From contig NEEC01000016.1 of the NCBI GenBank assembly GCA_002189035.1, positions 186,001 through 250,000 on the forward strand: DNA of 64,000 bases, in the 5' to 3' direction. Below the pieces are notes generated by a model. It had not been told where the DNA came from, did no database searches, and saw nothing but the letters and a program-made list of their open reading frames with translations. Both the position numbers and the translations under genes were made by a program. Of the stretch, positions 12,672-27,972 are shown piece by piece (positions within the stretch are counted from its first letter, which is position 1; every line of letters begins with the position of its first letter). The stretch is from Utricularia gibba. Lineage: Eukaryota; Plantae; Magnoliophyta.

Positions 12672-14193
12672 CTTGCTTGGAGATCCACCAGGAAAAAATG
12701 GATTTCACCCTTAAAAGCTGATGAAGAAAATCCAACAGAAATTAATGAAATGACATTAATGTTACAAAAAAAGGGGGGAAGTAACAACTTGGAGCGTAGA
12801 TAACAAAAGATTAGGAAAACCCAAAATAAAGCAATAAAAGACAAATGTTGCCTAAATCTTGACATATGAATACGAAACATTACACATTATATCAGCAAAC
12901 AGAAAAAACCCATTCGATTTAATCACCAAAATAAGGACTTATTCCAAACACGAACATGAGGGACTTATTCCTCTAAACTGTTTTTTTCGGGCGTTACAAT
13001 TGGACTTGTTGACATCACTCAAAAGGGAAAGATGGGATATAGAATGGGTAGGTGCTTTTTAAGTTGCTTGTCTAGTCCCATTGATAACAGAACTACAGAC
13101 ACCAACAGAACTATGATCTCGCAGATGAGCACCGATCCAGGAAATGCTTGCAAAATATGCATCATATATAACAGGAAAATTAAACTTAATTATCGGCTGT
13201 CACCACCCACATAAAAGAAATCATCATAGTAGAAGTGTAATTTTAAAGTTCGAGATTCAATAACTCACCCGATCCAACAATCACATCCAGCTACATTTCG
13301 CCCGCCCACACCCAACACTAAACAACCAAGTAAAAAGATCCAAGAATTAAAACGCAAGATCCAAAGCAAACACATCACCAAAATAGGGAGAAGAGGATGA
13401 CTATATTTGGAATCATCAAGCATGATTATCGTCAAACAATCTACAGTGTTAACCAGAGTCTTCCCGAATCAAAGCATGTGAAAATGTAAAGACAATTACC
13501 AGTGTGAATACCGATCCACAGAGTTATTCTCCGTCGAACGCTCTGCCTGCGGCGAGAGAGGACAAGAGTTGACCCTTCGAATTAAAGAAACTAAAATGGT
13601 CAAGAACCCGATGTGAGCTCCTCGTTCTGGCGCTGTAACTAAGCCAAGCCTGTACGTTATACGTAAATTAACAACGCTGTCACCGTACGTGCGCTTTTCC
13701 CGTATTTGAGCCCGCCGCCTACGCTTTATCTCTTGGGCCGCGCATAGGCCCAATCGGCTACCTCGGGGCACTTGCTCTTCTTTATTGCCTTGCCTTTCTA
13801 GATTTCAAACATTACCTTTGATAAGAAATTAAGTGTCGAGTTGAGTCAACAAGGCTTATTATATTTATATCTATGGAACTAGAAAACATGCAACAGTGAC
13901 TACAAACACCTAAATCCACCCTCGTAGGAGGGTCAGAGAACTTAAGTTTTCATGGGTTTCAAGAGGGCGGGGGCACAGCCACATGTAACATCATGACACA
14001 GAGTAGAAGCTGACAGACAGAAGCCAATTCTGCTAGGAAGCCACAAAAATGTAGGCTTCTTCAATTCACATGCATTGTTTCTTTATTTTTTTTCCACCCT
14101 GTGGAGAGAAGAACTGGCTTCCACCTGCTGGCATTAGTCTCGTATATACAACAAACTCCTTACCAACCATGCTTCTTTGCGACAGGGAGCCTG

Positions 14194-16865
<2,672 letters not shown>

Positions 16866-18702
16866 TCAACATATTTTGAAAACAAAGAAAGGTAGACCAT
16901 AATACAACAAATTAAAGTTTAATTTGATTGAGATTTACATGAGAATTGTCATTAGCATAACTATTCATCGCTCTAAATGAACAAGTGATGGCAGCTGATA
17001 AATAACCCACATCAAAAATCCCAGACATACGAATTCGTCCGAACAAATGCTTTGGCCTTTGAGAAAACAACAGCATGATAATAATAATTTTTGAACTAAA
17101 ACACCATGAAAATTCATACATCCTATCATGGACAGACGCAAACAAAAGTAGTGATAGAATATATCGGAAGTATCAAATAGACTGCAACCTTTACGCTTCT
17201 TCTACAATTTAGGAAAATATAAGAATGATGTCATTTGCAACCATAAAAATGACGCGAAACTCTACAAAGAAATCATACTCAACTCAGGTCGAGCAAAGAA
17301 ACCCGCAAAACATTAGATCTTGCAAGTTACGGCCTAAAACAGCGACAGAAATCGCGAATTTTTCAATCCATTCAACAGAAACCTCAGAGCCCTATTCCCG
17401 AACCGGAACAACATAATCAAAATTGCCCAAACAAAAAACGCAGGAAAACAAGAGTAAACCATACCAAGAATCCAGAGGGCGAGCCAAGGAGAAGCGCAGA
17501 ATCTCAAAGCTGAAAGACACACGTAATCCCTCAAATGAAATTGATTGAGTGAGCAGCTCGCGGGCCCAATGCAGGTTCCAAAAAGATGCCAATGATGAAA
17601 GCCGAACAGCGGAACCAGAACCTCTCCCGGCCTTCACGTCCTTAATTATAATAATAATAATATTATTATTATTCGCTGCTTTGTTTTTGCGTTTATTACA
17701 AAAAAACGTCAAGGTTTCTAGAAACGTCCCTAGTCGATGGATCCACGAACAACTTCTTTTCTTGCAAGATATGTGAAGGATCAGATGCCCCTATTGTAAT
17801 TTTTTTGACTAAGTGTGTGAGGGAGAATGTGACAGTGACCAATTTTCTAAATGACTTCTATTGTATGCTAATATGTATAATGGTTGTTTCGAATCTTTCA
17901 TATTAACTTATGTACTAGGACGTAATTTGTTAGAATTATGTTTAGATAAATTATGAATTATCATAATAGCTAAAACGACTCTTAAAGTATGTTGATTTTA
18001 TAATTCAATGAAATAAAAACGATGCTCTAACCATTAGTAAATAACATTATCTTATAATAACATTCCTAGAATTTACATAAGAGATATTATTTATCTTTTG
18101 ACATTTACACGTCGACATGGATACAAGCCTTGTATTGGTAAATTGGTGGGTGGCAAAAGGCGCGTAAATTGGTAAGTAATACCCAATTCGTTCTAGGGTT
18201 TATGCTGTGGGTGTTTTTTCAGCAAGCTAATCTGCTCGTAAGTCTTCCTATATTTTGTTAACTTCATTGGGTTTTTCATAGAGCCTTGCGTTTTTTTTCA
18301 GTGGCTTTCTTAGGGTGATAGAGCCTTGCTTGTTTTGGAGAAATTGGTGTGAATGAGGATGGGGGATTCAGTTGGCTGAAAAACCAGTTCCTAAAGATCA
18401 GATAACCAATGGGTGGAATTTTAATCCTTTCACATACGACATTGTATTGGGTTTTCGGTTGCAGCTAAGTTGAAAGGGTGCTGACGAATATGTGAAGTCC
18501 TATGTTATTTCTTCACTTGAAAAAATTTGAAATCTTGATATTCTCGCCATGATTTTTCTCATACATTTGATTTGATTTCGTTGCTGCAACAAATGAACGC
18601 ATTTCGTCTCAGACAACCATGGTTCGTGCGACACCGAAGAAAAATCATGGCCCAGTTTCTTGAAGGCAGGAACAGAGCAGTTCCCATGTTTTAGTGTGAA
18701 GT

Positions 18703-20294
18703 TCATATCACGATTTGCCCTTGTTTCCGGCACAGAGTCGCCGGCCTCTGATTGGTGCCTCCGGAATTTTGAGGCCTCACATGGTGAGGATCTGCCTGGC
18801 TACTGTGCTTCCCAGTTGGGATATCGTGATTGTGCTTCCCCTCGTATGTAGTAGTCACATCCCTTGTGTCTGATGTAGCTCGTTCCACATGCTTCCGAAC
18901 ATTACAACCAGCGTATGTGCATCTGTAGTAGCTCCTGCAGAAGAAACCCAACATGAACCTGGATGAGATTGATGCCAAGGTAGAACTAGAAACCATGCTA
19001 TGTATCCTGCTCTTTCCACCCATTTTACAGTGATGCTGCTTAAATAAGGCACCTTGGATGTGTTTTCCCCTTCACTACTTTCTGTCCGTACTTTCTCCAT
19101 CTATATCCATCGTCCAGAAGATCAACCTCACTCCTCGTCTGCACAACAATTTTGTACTCTGTAGAGGTTCGTGGGGCAGGTTTTTCGAGTTCCACATTTC
19201 TGCAAGACAAATCAAACGAGCTTTCATGGATTAAAAGAGAGAAGCATCGGATGAAAAGTTAGGCACAGTGGCCTACCTTCTCTTTGCATCAGGTATGTCT
19301 CCCTCTTCGTCATCTGGTACAACTACAGACTCTTTGCTCTCATTTTTATTATCAGCCACAGAATGTGAGTCGAATGCTTCCTGACCAACCAAAGGCATGG
19401 ATTTGCTCTGCGCAGGATCTTTTCCTCGTTTGCTTGACTGGGGAGGATCATGATTGTGCTGCCCTTTGTATATAATCTCCGAGATGGAGCCATCTGTTGA
19501 TGTTTCCACTTTCTTCCTCACAGGGCAATCAGCATGTGAACATCTGTAGTAGCTCCTGGGGCATTCCCTGGCCTTCACATTCTTCTGCCCGTACTTCCTC
19601 CAGTTGTAGCCATCGTCACCTGGATTTCCGAGTTCGGCTTTCACCGCAGGCGCTTTCATCTCAGGTTGAATTCCATCATATGACTCAATTTTCATAGCTT
19701 CTGCTTCTGGTAGGCTTGGGAAGGCATCATATGAAGGCGATGATGGTGGGTGCTGCTGAATTTGCATCTGAGTGCAGGAATCATTCAAGGCAGCTTGAGC
19801 AGTGACAAATGCGAGAGCTTGCTGGTGAGAGATAGCAAAAGGGCTCTGCGTGGATTCAAGGACTCAAGGTTTTAAGCTGATCCCCAAATGGATTACAAGA
19901 TTCACACAAAGCAGGAAACTGACCTGAAGCGGAGATAAAAGCCCCGGAGAGGGAAGCAACCCAGAGGGCGTCGGCGTCATACCAGATGGAATCATCAACA
20001 GATGGCTCAGACTGTCGGCCGACGGCGCCACCGCCAAGCTCGTCGGCCGGTTTCGCTTATAACCCCCACCTCCCCCGCCGCCGCTCTGTCCATCCGCCCC
20101 CTTATCTCCACCCGTCTCCCCCGGCGTCACACCCCGTGGCGTAGCTTCAGAAAAGAAGCTCGAAAGCAGGGTCAACGGACCTGGGCTGAACCCGAGTCCC
20201 CAAACTCGTATCCGAAAAAGGATTCCACGGGAGCCGGCGGCGGGACCAGGATGGACGCCGGCTTCGGCCTCCGAGCTTCTTCACCCCCATCCAT
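18703..20294 (-). CDS. Group I WRKY transcription factor with two WRKY domains (WRKY3/4/58-like); start may be 20331; one -1 frameshift at about 20200
   Basis: Two WRKYGQK motifs, each with a C2H2 finger (C..ADC...HNH and CTYAGC...HNH). N-terminal [20 protein letters not shown] and [12 protein letters not shown] motifs are typical of the WRKY3/4 clade. Confidence 0.92.
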
Positions 20295-21398
20295 GGCTTC
20301 TCCTTGTCCCTCAGTTCCAGAATTCTGCCATGAAACTTAATATCTCCCCTCCTGAGCAAGCATCTCGGCAAGGGAAGGCAGCAATCATGTAGAGGCCTTC
20401 GAGAGGGGTAAAAATCCTGATCCCATGTGCGTTTCTTCGCATTGTTTATGCCCGCAAGTTGGATTAAAAGATGGATCAAGTAGGCCAAGGTGAGGTACAA
20501 CCCGGGGGGCCGACCGGGTGCGAGTTTGCAATCACGCAGGGTGAAGCAACTGACACCCATTACCTCACATCAACCGCCATCAATGAACCCTTGGGTTGCT
20601 TCACCCCCTACGCCTTTGCAAAATCTTGTCTTCTTTATTTCCTTAACAACTTCCTCGACAAAAATGACAATAACAAAGACCTGTAATTAATTACTTGATC
20701 TATTTGTGTAAAAAATGAATGTTCAATGGACATGCCCATGCTGTCAAATGATGGAGCGCATCATTTTGTTTACCATTAATATCGAAAAAAATAATATTTT
20801 TTATATTATATTTTATTTACCATTCTTCAATTCTATGAAAATCATTTATTAAATAATTGCGGATACATGTTTTAAATTCTGATTCAGTTAAAAAGTAAAA
20901 TTATTTGAATTAATATACTTTATTATTAAAAACAATAATTGATTTAAATAACTTTAAAAAATTCATTATCATATTTATTGAAGAAGATAGAATTTATAAA
21001 CTACATTATCATTATATTTAGTACTTTAAATTAGTAAGAATGAATAATTTATCCATTTTAATCTTTAAATAACTATATAAAATATATGCTACTAATTAGA
21101 ATTACATATTTCTAACTATTTTTATTATTAAAAAATAAAAAATGTATATTTATTGATAAAAAAAATTATCACTTAGAATCAATTGGTCCCCGTGTTTTTT
21201 TTTCTTTTTTTGCCTTTTTTTGTGAAGCTAAGTAGTGTGTTGATTTGGAGCAAGGCCTCCCTCTCCTCGCAACGATTGTGTTATGTTTTTTTTCAAGATA
21301 CAATCAATAATAGAAGTGGCTGCAAATCTGCGACGTGGCCTTGAACCAGATAAAAAAAAGGTCGATGACTGTCTTATTGACTCAGCAACAGAAATTTC

Positions 21399-22486
21399 AT
21401 GGAGGCTGCTTCAAATTTTTGTGGTTCCACTTCAACCTCATCCATCACCTCTGGCCTAAAGCGACAATCTCTTCTACAAAAAGTGCCAACAAGTTGGTCG
21501 ACACCACCACCAGCTGCAGGATCCATGGAAGCCGGAAGCTTTCTTTCCTCCAATCCCTACACAAAAGCCACTGAAATCCTCCCACTCATCACCCGAAATC
21601 ACCTGTTCCCGGGAAGAAACTCAAGCAGTCACCAAACTAGGAGATCCCCAGTAGTAGCATGTATGTGTAAATTTCAATCTGCATCCCTGCTTCTGAAGGG
21701 AAAGGTCATCATCGATGTTTACTTGACCGTTTTTGTTGGGATTTGTGATTATCTCAAGGTTGCGGATCAGGGGTTCCACCATCGGAAGATGAGGATGGGT
21801 CCGGGCCATCGATTCTGAGATCCGATTGGCGAGCATTCAGAGCAAGATTAGCGGCGAGGGAGCGTTCAGAGGAGTTCTATGCCGGCGCTCAGCTACGAGA
21901 TCCGATTAGCCTGGGAGACAAATGGGCTCACGCTATACACCAACCGGAAAAAGGGTGCCTACTGATCGCGACGGAGAAGCTCGACGGAGTCCACATATTC
22001 GAACGAACCGTTATTCTCCTCCTCTCCGCCGGTGAGATCTACCACACCGGCGTGATCCTCAATCGCCCATCTCTCATGTCTATAAAAGAGACGCGATCCT
22101 CGGCCATGGACGAATCTGGACTGTTCTCCAACCGTCCGCTCTTCTTCGGCGGTCCCGTGGAAGAAGGTATTTTTCTAATAACCCCCGGAAGCGGAAACAG
22201 CGGCAGCCGCATATTTGATGAGGTGATGAAAGGAGTCTACTTCGGGACGAAGGAGAGCGTCGGCGGCGCCGCGAATTTGGTCAAATCAGACATGTTTCAG
22301 ACGGAGGATTTCAGGTTCTTCGACGGATGCTGTGTGTGGGAGAAACAGCAGTTGGCGGAGGAGACTCGGGCCGGGTATTGGGCCCTAGCCGCCTGTAGCC
22401 CCAGTCTTATCAAGGCCCCAAATTTGGGCATTGTCGGGCTCTGGGAAGAGATTAGTGGGCTTCTCGGCCCAAGAAGAGTATGGTAA
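21399..22486 (+). CDS. DUF179 (AlgH/UPF0301-like) protein with probable plastid transit peptide; exons 21399-21660 and 21759-22486
   Basis: Spliced frame gives SDWRAFRARL, KWAHAIHQPEKGCLLIATEKLDGVHIFERTVILLL, GVILNRPS, LFFGGPV and FRFFDGCCVWEKQQL. The N-terminus is Ser/Thr-rich. Confidence 0.85.
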
Positions 22487-25382
22487 TTCCGATCCTCATC
22501 TAAAAAAGCCAGTCCGAGAGAATATACACACTCCCTAAAAAGGAAAACTAATGTAATCTCTTATTCAGCCCAGATTCATTGTACGGCCGACTCTGCTTGT
22601 AATGAAAGTGGGTGGAGTAAAGAGGCAAATGGGGCATGGGAATCATTAGTGCTAGTGTTTGTCCAAATCAGAGAAACAGTTCCCCATTATTAAAAATCCA
22701 GTATAATTAATCTCCATTTTTACAAAAATAATGATAAATTGATCTCAATTATTTAGAAAAAATGAATTCTATTAAAACGTTAAGTTGTGAATTGTGAAAA
22801 TGGCATTAAATGCACCCCGCCAAGGTAGAGGATAGCGGTATCCCCTCGCCACCCGCCCCCATTAAACAAAATCCCACACATTTATGTGTGTAATAAAATA
22901 TAAATGAGGGGGCTGTTATGCAAATAGGGTAGCTTCAATTATATCTCGAATCTGATGCGCGAGAGGAGAGACCTATCCTATACTATCCTATCATCGCCAT
23001 CATCTATTTCCCAACCCGCAACAACAACAATAGTAGCACTAATACTAATAATAAACTCTGAAAAATAAGATTTAAAAGTGTTACGTCCGTACAACAAAGA
23101 TGGGATGGGATGGATGCGTATTGACCCAGGATTGGGATTGGGATTGGGATTGAGTTTTGCAGTGCATATTTTGGTTGTCCAAATCAGGGGCGTGGGAGGG
23201 GCGATGATGGACCAGGGAGGGAGGGAGCATTGAAAGTAGGGCGTTCAGCCATCAGTTTTCCAGCCATTTATGGCTTCCATCTAACCCTTGACTCCTCGTC
23301 CTTTTTTTTTTCTTAGTTTCATATGGAACAAACAATTAGGTTCATGTTTTATGATTATTTAAAATTGTCAAATTTGTTCATTTTTTTTAAGTTAATTGAA
23401 TTCAAATGATTGAAAAGTATTTATAACTTGATCGTCATTAATGAATGTATTATTAGCCAAAACATGTAAGATTGTATATTTTTGAAAATGTATTATCATC
23501 AAATAAAAATGTCATACTTGGATGCAACATTAAGATTATTGAGATCACAATCGAATATAGATTTCATTTATATTCATTCCTTTATACTATTCAAACAAAA
23601 AATAATATTAATCAAATCAAATATAATTTAAATATGAATTGTTTGTTCATTATGCAGTTCAAATAGAGAAACAAATGAAAAATACAAATCCAAAATATAT
23701 TTATTATTTTATTTTATTTTTTAATACTTAAATGCCTGCTCATGCTCATGCAACCGAGTATTATGTTTTTATGTACAAAATTAATATTGATGGGTCTAAA
23801 AATCTCTTTTCCTTATTAAATTAATAATCGAATTAGAGGTTGGTTATAGCACAAAATTTACATACCCATAATAAATATTTAATTATTCTCTAGGATATGA
23901 CGTCATTATGCATCTCGCTATTAAAAGATTTATTTATCTTAATATTTTATTTTGCAAGTATCAAAATCCGGCCATCACCTCCGTTCCGTTCCGTCGGCAA
24001 CGAACCCAACGCGGTGCGCCCGTTGCAATAAATATCGGATCCGGTTGGGTCCGCATCTATTTTTATTTCAAACCAACGAGACAACTAGTTCCAGTCGGCT
24101 TTAATGACTCCCATTTAATAATTATTTTCTGCTTTTTAATAATTCAAAGCACTCATATGGTTTCATTTTTGAAAACAAAATAACGTATTTATCTATTTTT
24201 AATTAAAATGAAATGCATGAAATTATTAATTAAAATGGATGATGTCATTTTGGGGTCAAAACAGTATAATATAATAGTCTGGGACGGAAATCGAAATTTT
24301 TTTAAATATAACTATGTCTGATGTCAAATTTAATAAATAGAAAAATAGAAAAAGAAAAGAAAGGCAAGGAGGGGAGGGAGCCCAAAGAACATGGAGGAAG
24401 GGGGAGGTAATAAATGCCGCTGCCTTTTCACTTCCTAAAAACTAAGAAAATCTTCATCATTCTTACCGTAGATTTTATGCCTCTCTGCTATTGTTGCTGT
24501 TGGTTGTTTTTCCTTTTCAAAGCGTACTGGATACTGAGACCCAACTTTGTTATGGAAAGAAATGATTTTGATTCCTAGAGTGTGGAGGAAGAAGATATGG
24601 TGAGCCCACACACTTGTTGACAAAAATATCCAACTCATTGTTGTTTACGAAGCATTTCTTCTTCTTCGTCTTCATGTTTTTGTGCTGCACGTAGAGCAAG
24701 AGAGAGAGTGAGAGAGATCTTTGTTACCCTGGATCTCCTTCCCTCTTTGTTTTTTGTTTTTTCTTAGACGTCTAGTATTTGATCGACAAATAGATTCTCT
24801 TTTCTGGGTAAGCTTTTTCTTCTCCAATGGCGGAGATGTAAAGATTGCCGCTTTATTTACTTTTTTTTTTCAATAATCTGGATCGAATTCCGGGATTTTT
24901 TTACTGTCGGAGATTTTCTAGTCTTTTTCTCTTATACTTGTTGACTCTGTTGATTTGTTTTTCTGGAGAAGGAGCTGGGTCTGAGATAATTCATGTTTTC
25001 CATTTTTATTTTGTTCCTCTTGTTTCACTTCAGATTATTCTACTGAGAAACCATCTTCTTCTTGTTCATGTGATTTCTGCTCAACCCAGAGTTAGATTCG
25101 TGTATTTATACAGATAGGCATGCTTGAATTTGAATCTTGTTATGGAAAATGAACTCATTTGAGGTCAACTTGGCAAAGCCCTGTGGAAACTGAAAACTGT
25201 CTCTTTTTTTCCTGTAATTTTCATGCACAGATTAGTGAGTTATACGTATCTTTCTCTGATGTCAAGGTCAGGTAGACTTCGGGTATGTTCTGTTGTTCTC
25301 CTTGCTGGTTCAGCCAATCTTGGGAACTACCATACAAGCGAATACCATTGATTAATCTTGAGGAGGCAACTACAATGGCCTA

Positions 25383-27624
25383 ATGTTTTTGTATCACGAG
25401 AATCAGGCGATGAATGGCCAGAATCTTGGATCATTCTCATCATGGATTTTCAGAAACGGCGTTTTAGGAAATGATAGTTTGAAGATGAGGGAAACCATCC
25501 TCGAGCATGAATCAGTATTTAGAAATCAGGTAATGTGCTGGTTTGATTTCTTTCCCCAGTTTTCGTATTTTTGATGCTAACCATTCCATACCTTCTACTC
25601 TATTCAGCTCCTGGAGCTTCACCGTCTCTATGGAAGACAGAAGGAGCTGATGGATGAGATAAGGAGAGTAGATGATAGGCATCTGGTGCAAGAAAAATTT
25701 CCACTAGTGCCTCAAGCTTCCTATGATGGAGACACTGGACTGTCTCTTCGTACGGTTCATAGACCACCATGTAATGTCAATGCGGTGACTCTTGATCTGG
25801 TATCAAAAGGGTTTCCCCAAAATCCAAGCTTTACTGTGCAGCGGAAAGAAAGCACCCAAAGGCATCTGCCCTGCACCTTTGCTGGTAAGCATGTGAAAGT
25901 TTGTCCTATTGCTTGTTTCATGTATCTCAAAGCCAATCCTGGGTGCGTTTGGTTTGCTTTCTGGTTCTTCGATGTGCTTCCCATGCTCACTTTAGTCTCA
26001 TTGCATGTGATCAGAGAAAAATGCATGGTTGGACCGTAGTTGTAAAGGAGAGATATTTCCCGGGAAGCCATCTGCACTCCAATCCCAAAATGCAGAACCT
26101 TGTCGGAAAAGGAAATTATTTGGAGTTGAAATTCCTGAAGCAAATGACGCTTCTGGAGATGACAGGCATGGTGTGTCCATGAGCAACATGAAAGGTGGAA
26201 ATCATCAAGGAAGCCACTGTTTTACCTCGTGGACTTTTAATTCTTTGATGGCAAATAGTGAGCTTGAAGGAGCTGCAGGAAAAGATGGCAGCAATGAGCA
26301 ATCTTGCTGGTCACTGGGATGTTCTTCGATTAGCTCGAATACGTTCAGAGTTCCGTTTCACAAGGAAGAAGGTCGGACACAGTATGATGAGAATGTTAAT
26401 TCAAAGCCTGCTGAGAAGTTGCCTTGGTTCCTTAGAAAGTTTAATGAACATGATGATATGATAAAGGGAATGAAGAGTTCTTACTTCATGAACCTGGAAT
26501 CCTTGCAGCAGTGTAAACATAGTTTTTTCAAGAAAGCTGAGCCGCAGGACATGAACCTCAAAAATGTAGTAGTCCCAGATGAATCAGCTGCTTCACATGC
26601 TGAGAATGCTCCCGAGAAACATTGTGGCTTGATGATCGCGGCTATAAATGCCTCCATTCCTGAGAGGATGCGAACAAAAGCAGATAAAGACGACAACCAG
26701 CCAACCAAAGTTCTTATCTCTGGTTCTGGTGGTAAAGATGGTCAAGATTGGAACACTTGTACGTCTGACTTGAGGCACCAGATTGATTTGAACTTGTCCT
26801 TGGATGAGGAAGACTCTCCGGTTGTGCACAGTCTCACAACCATGGTAAGAATCGCAGCTACAGAGATAGATTTGGAGGCACCCATGGTTGACGAGTTTGA
26901 TGCAGATGTATCCACCAAAGAAGCAGGCATCTGTAATGAAGAGTTCGATAGACTTGCTGCCGAAGCCATAATTGCCTTCTCACTGCACAAAGAACAGAGG
27001 TCAGTGGATGTTGATGTCAGTGACCTTTCGGAGGATACATCCTGCAATGATCTCAAATGGTTTGCTGAACTCATTATTTCCGAGTTCGAAAAAACGGCAA
27101 CACCTCAGGCTGACAAAGAATCGATCCCTGAAGGCATGGATCATTTCGAGTTCATGACTTTGAAGCTTGAAGACTGCAAAGGAAAGAACTACGACTATCA
27201 GCCGGTTGTTTTTGACAACGAAAAGGGCAGCGATACTGTCTCAACTAGAACGAGAAGGCAGTCAAGGAGAGGGAAGCCAAGAAAAGACTTCCAGAGAGAC
27301 ATTCTCCCTGGTATGGTTACACTTTCCCGTCTGCAAGTATCAGAGGATCTTCAATCCTTTGAAGAGCTAATGAAAGCTCAAGGGAAAGCTTGGCAGTCGG
27401 GTTTATCACAACGCAGCACGGCGCGGGGCAGTCGAGGAAAAAAACGGACGGTTTCCCCGGATACATCACCAAAAACGAAGCTCATTTGCTCATCTCATGC
27501 ACCACATCAACAGCCCATTTGGCAGCTCCAGGAAAGGAGTTTAACAGGTTGGGGAAAGAAGACCAGGCGGCTGCCAAGACAAAGATGTCCTAATGGTTTT
27601 GTTACATTTCCCATAAAATGCTGA
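25383..27624 (+). CDS. DUF863-family protein; exons about 25383-25529, 25608-about 25883, 26015-27624; true start probably further upstream (about 25259)
   Basis: ILEHESVFRNQ/LLELHRLYGRQKELM, IDLNL, IDLEAP, LAAEAIIAF, LKWFAELI, MDHFEFMTLKL, KDFQRDILPG..TLSR..VSEDLQ and LTGWGKKTRR..RQRCP. Confidence 0.88.
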
Positions 27625-27972
27625 ATCAGTTGAGGCCAGCTTAAACCAACCCGAGAAAAATGTATTCTTGATTTGATGTAAATTATTGTTGTACTCAGCA
27701 TAGGCCATGCCTAAGTTACCCAGATTCCAAGTTCACCTGAACGTTTGATTGTCTTGAGAAAGCAGCAGTTTTTGCTACTGTTTTTGGAACACAAAAGAGA
27801 AGATTTTCCAGATGAAATCTGGTTTTACCCGAGTTTTGATTGGTTTTAGATCCATGCACAGTTGTGGAATCAATTGAAAAATGTATCTTCATGAAGTTTG
27901 GGCAATGACTTCTATAAGGATAGTGGAATTTGTCAGCGGGATGTTGAGATATCAGCTTACTGAAAAGGCTGC

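Noticed and set aside
20341-20360. miR390-target-like CCCTCCTGAGC
   Set aside because: It has mismatches at the miRNA 5' end, lies antisense to the WRKY leader, and there is no tasiARF sequence nearby.
23128-23155. Telomere-like repeat
   Set aside because: The unit is GGGATT, not TTTAGGG, and there are only three copies.
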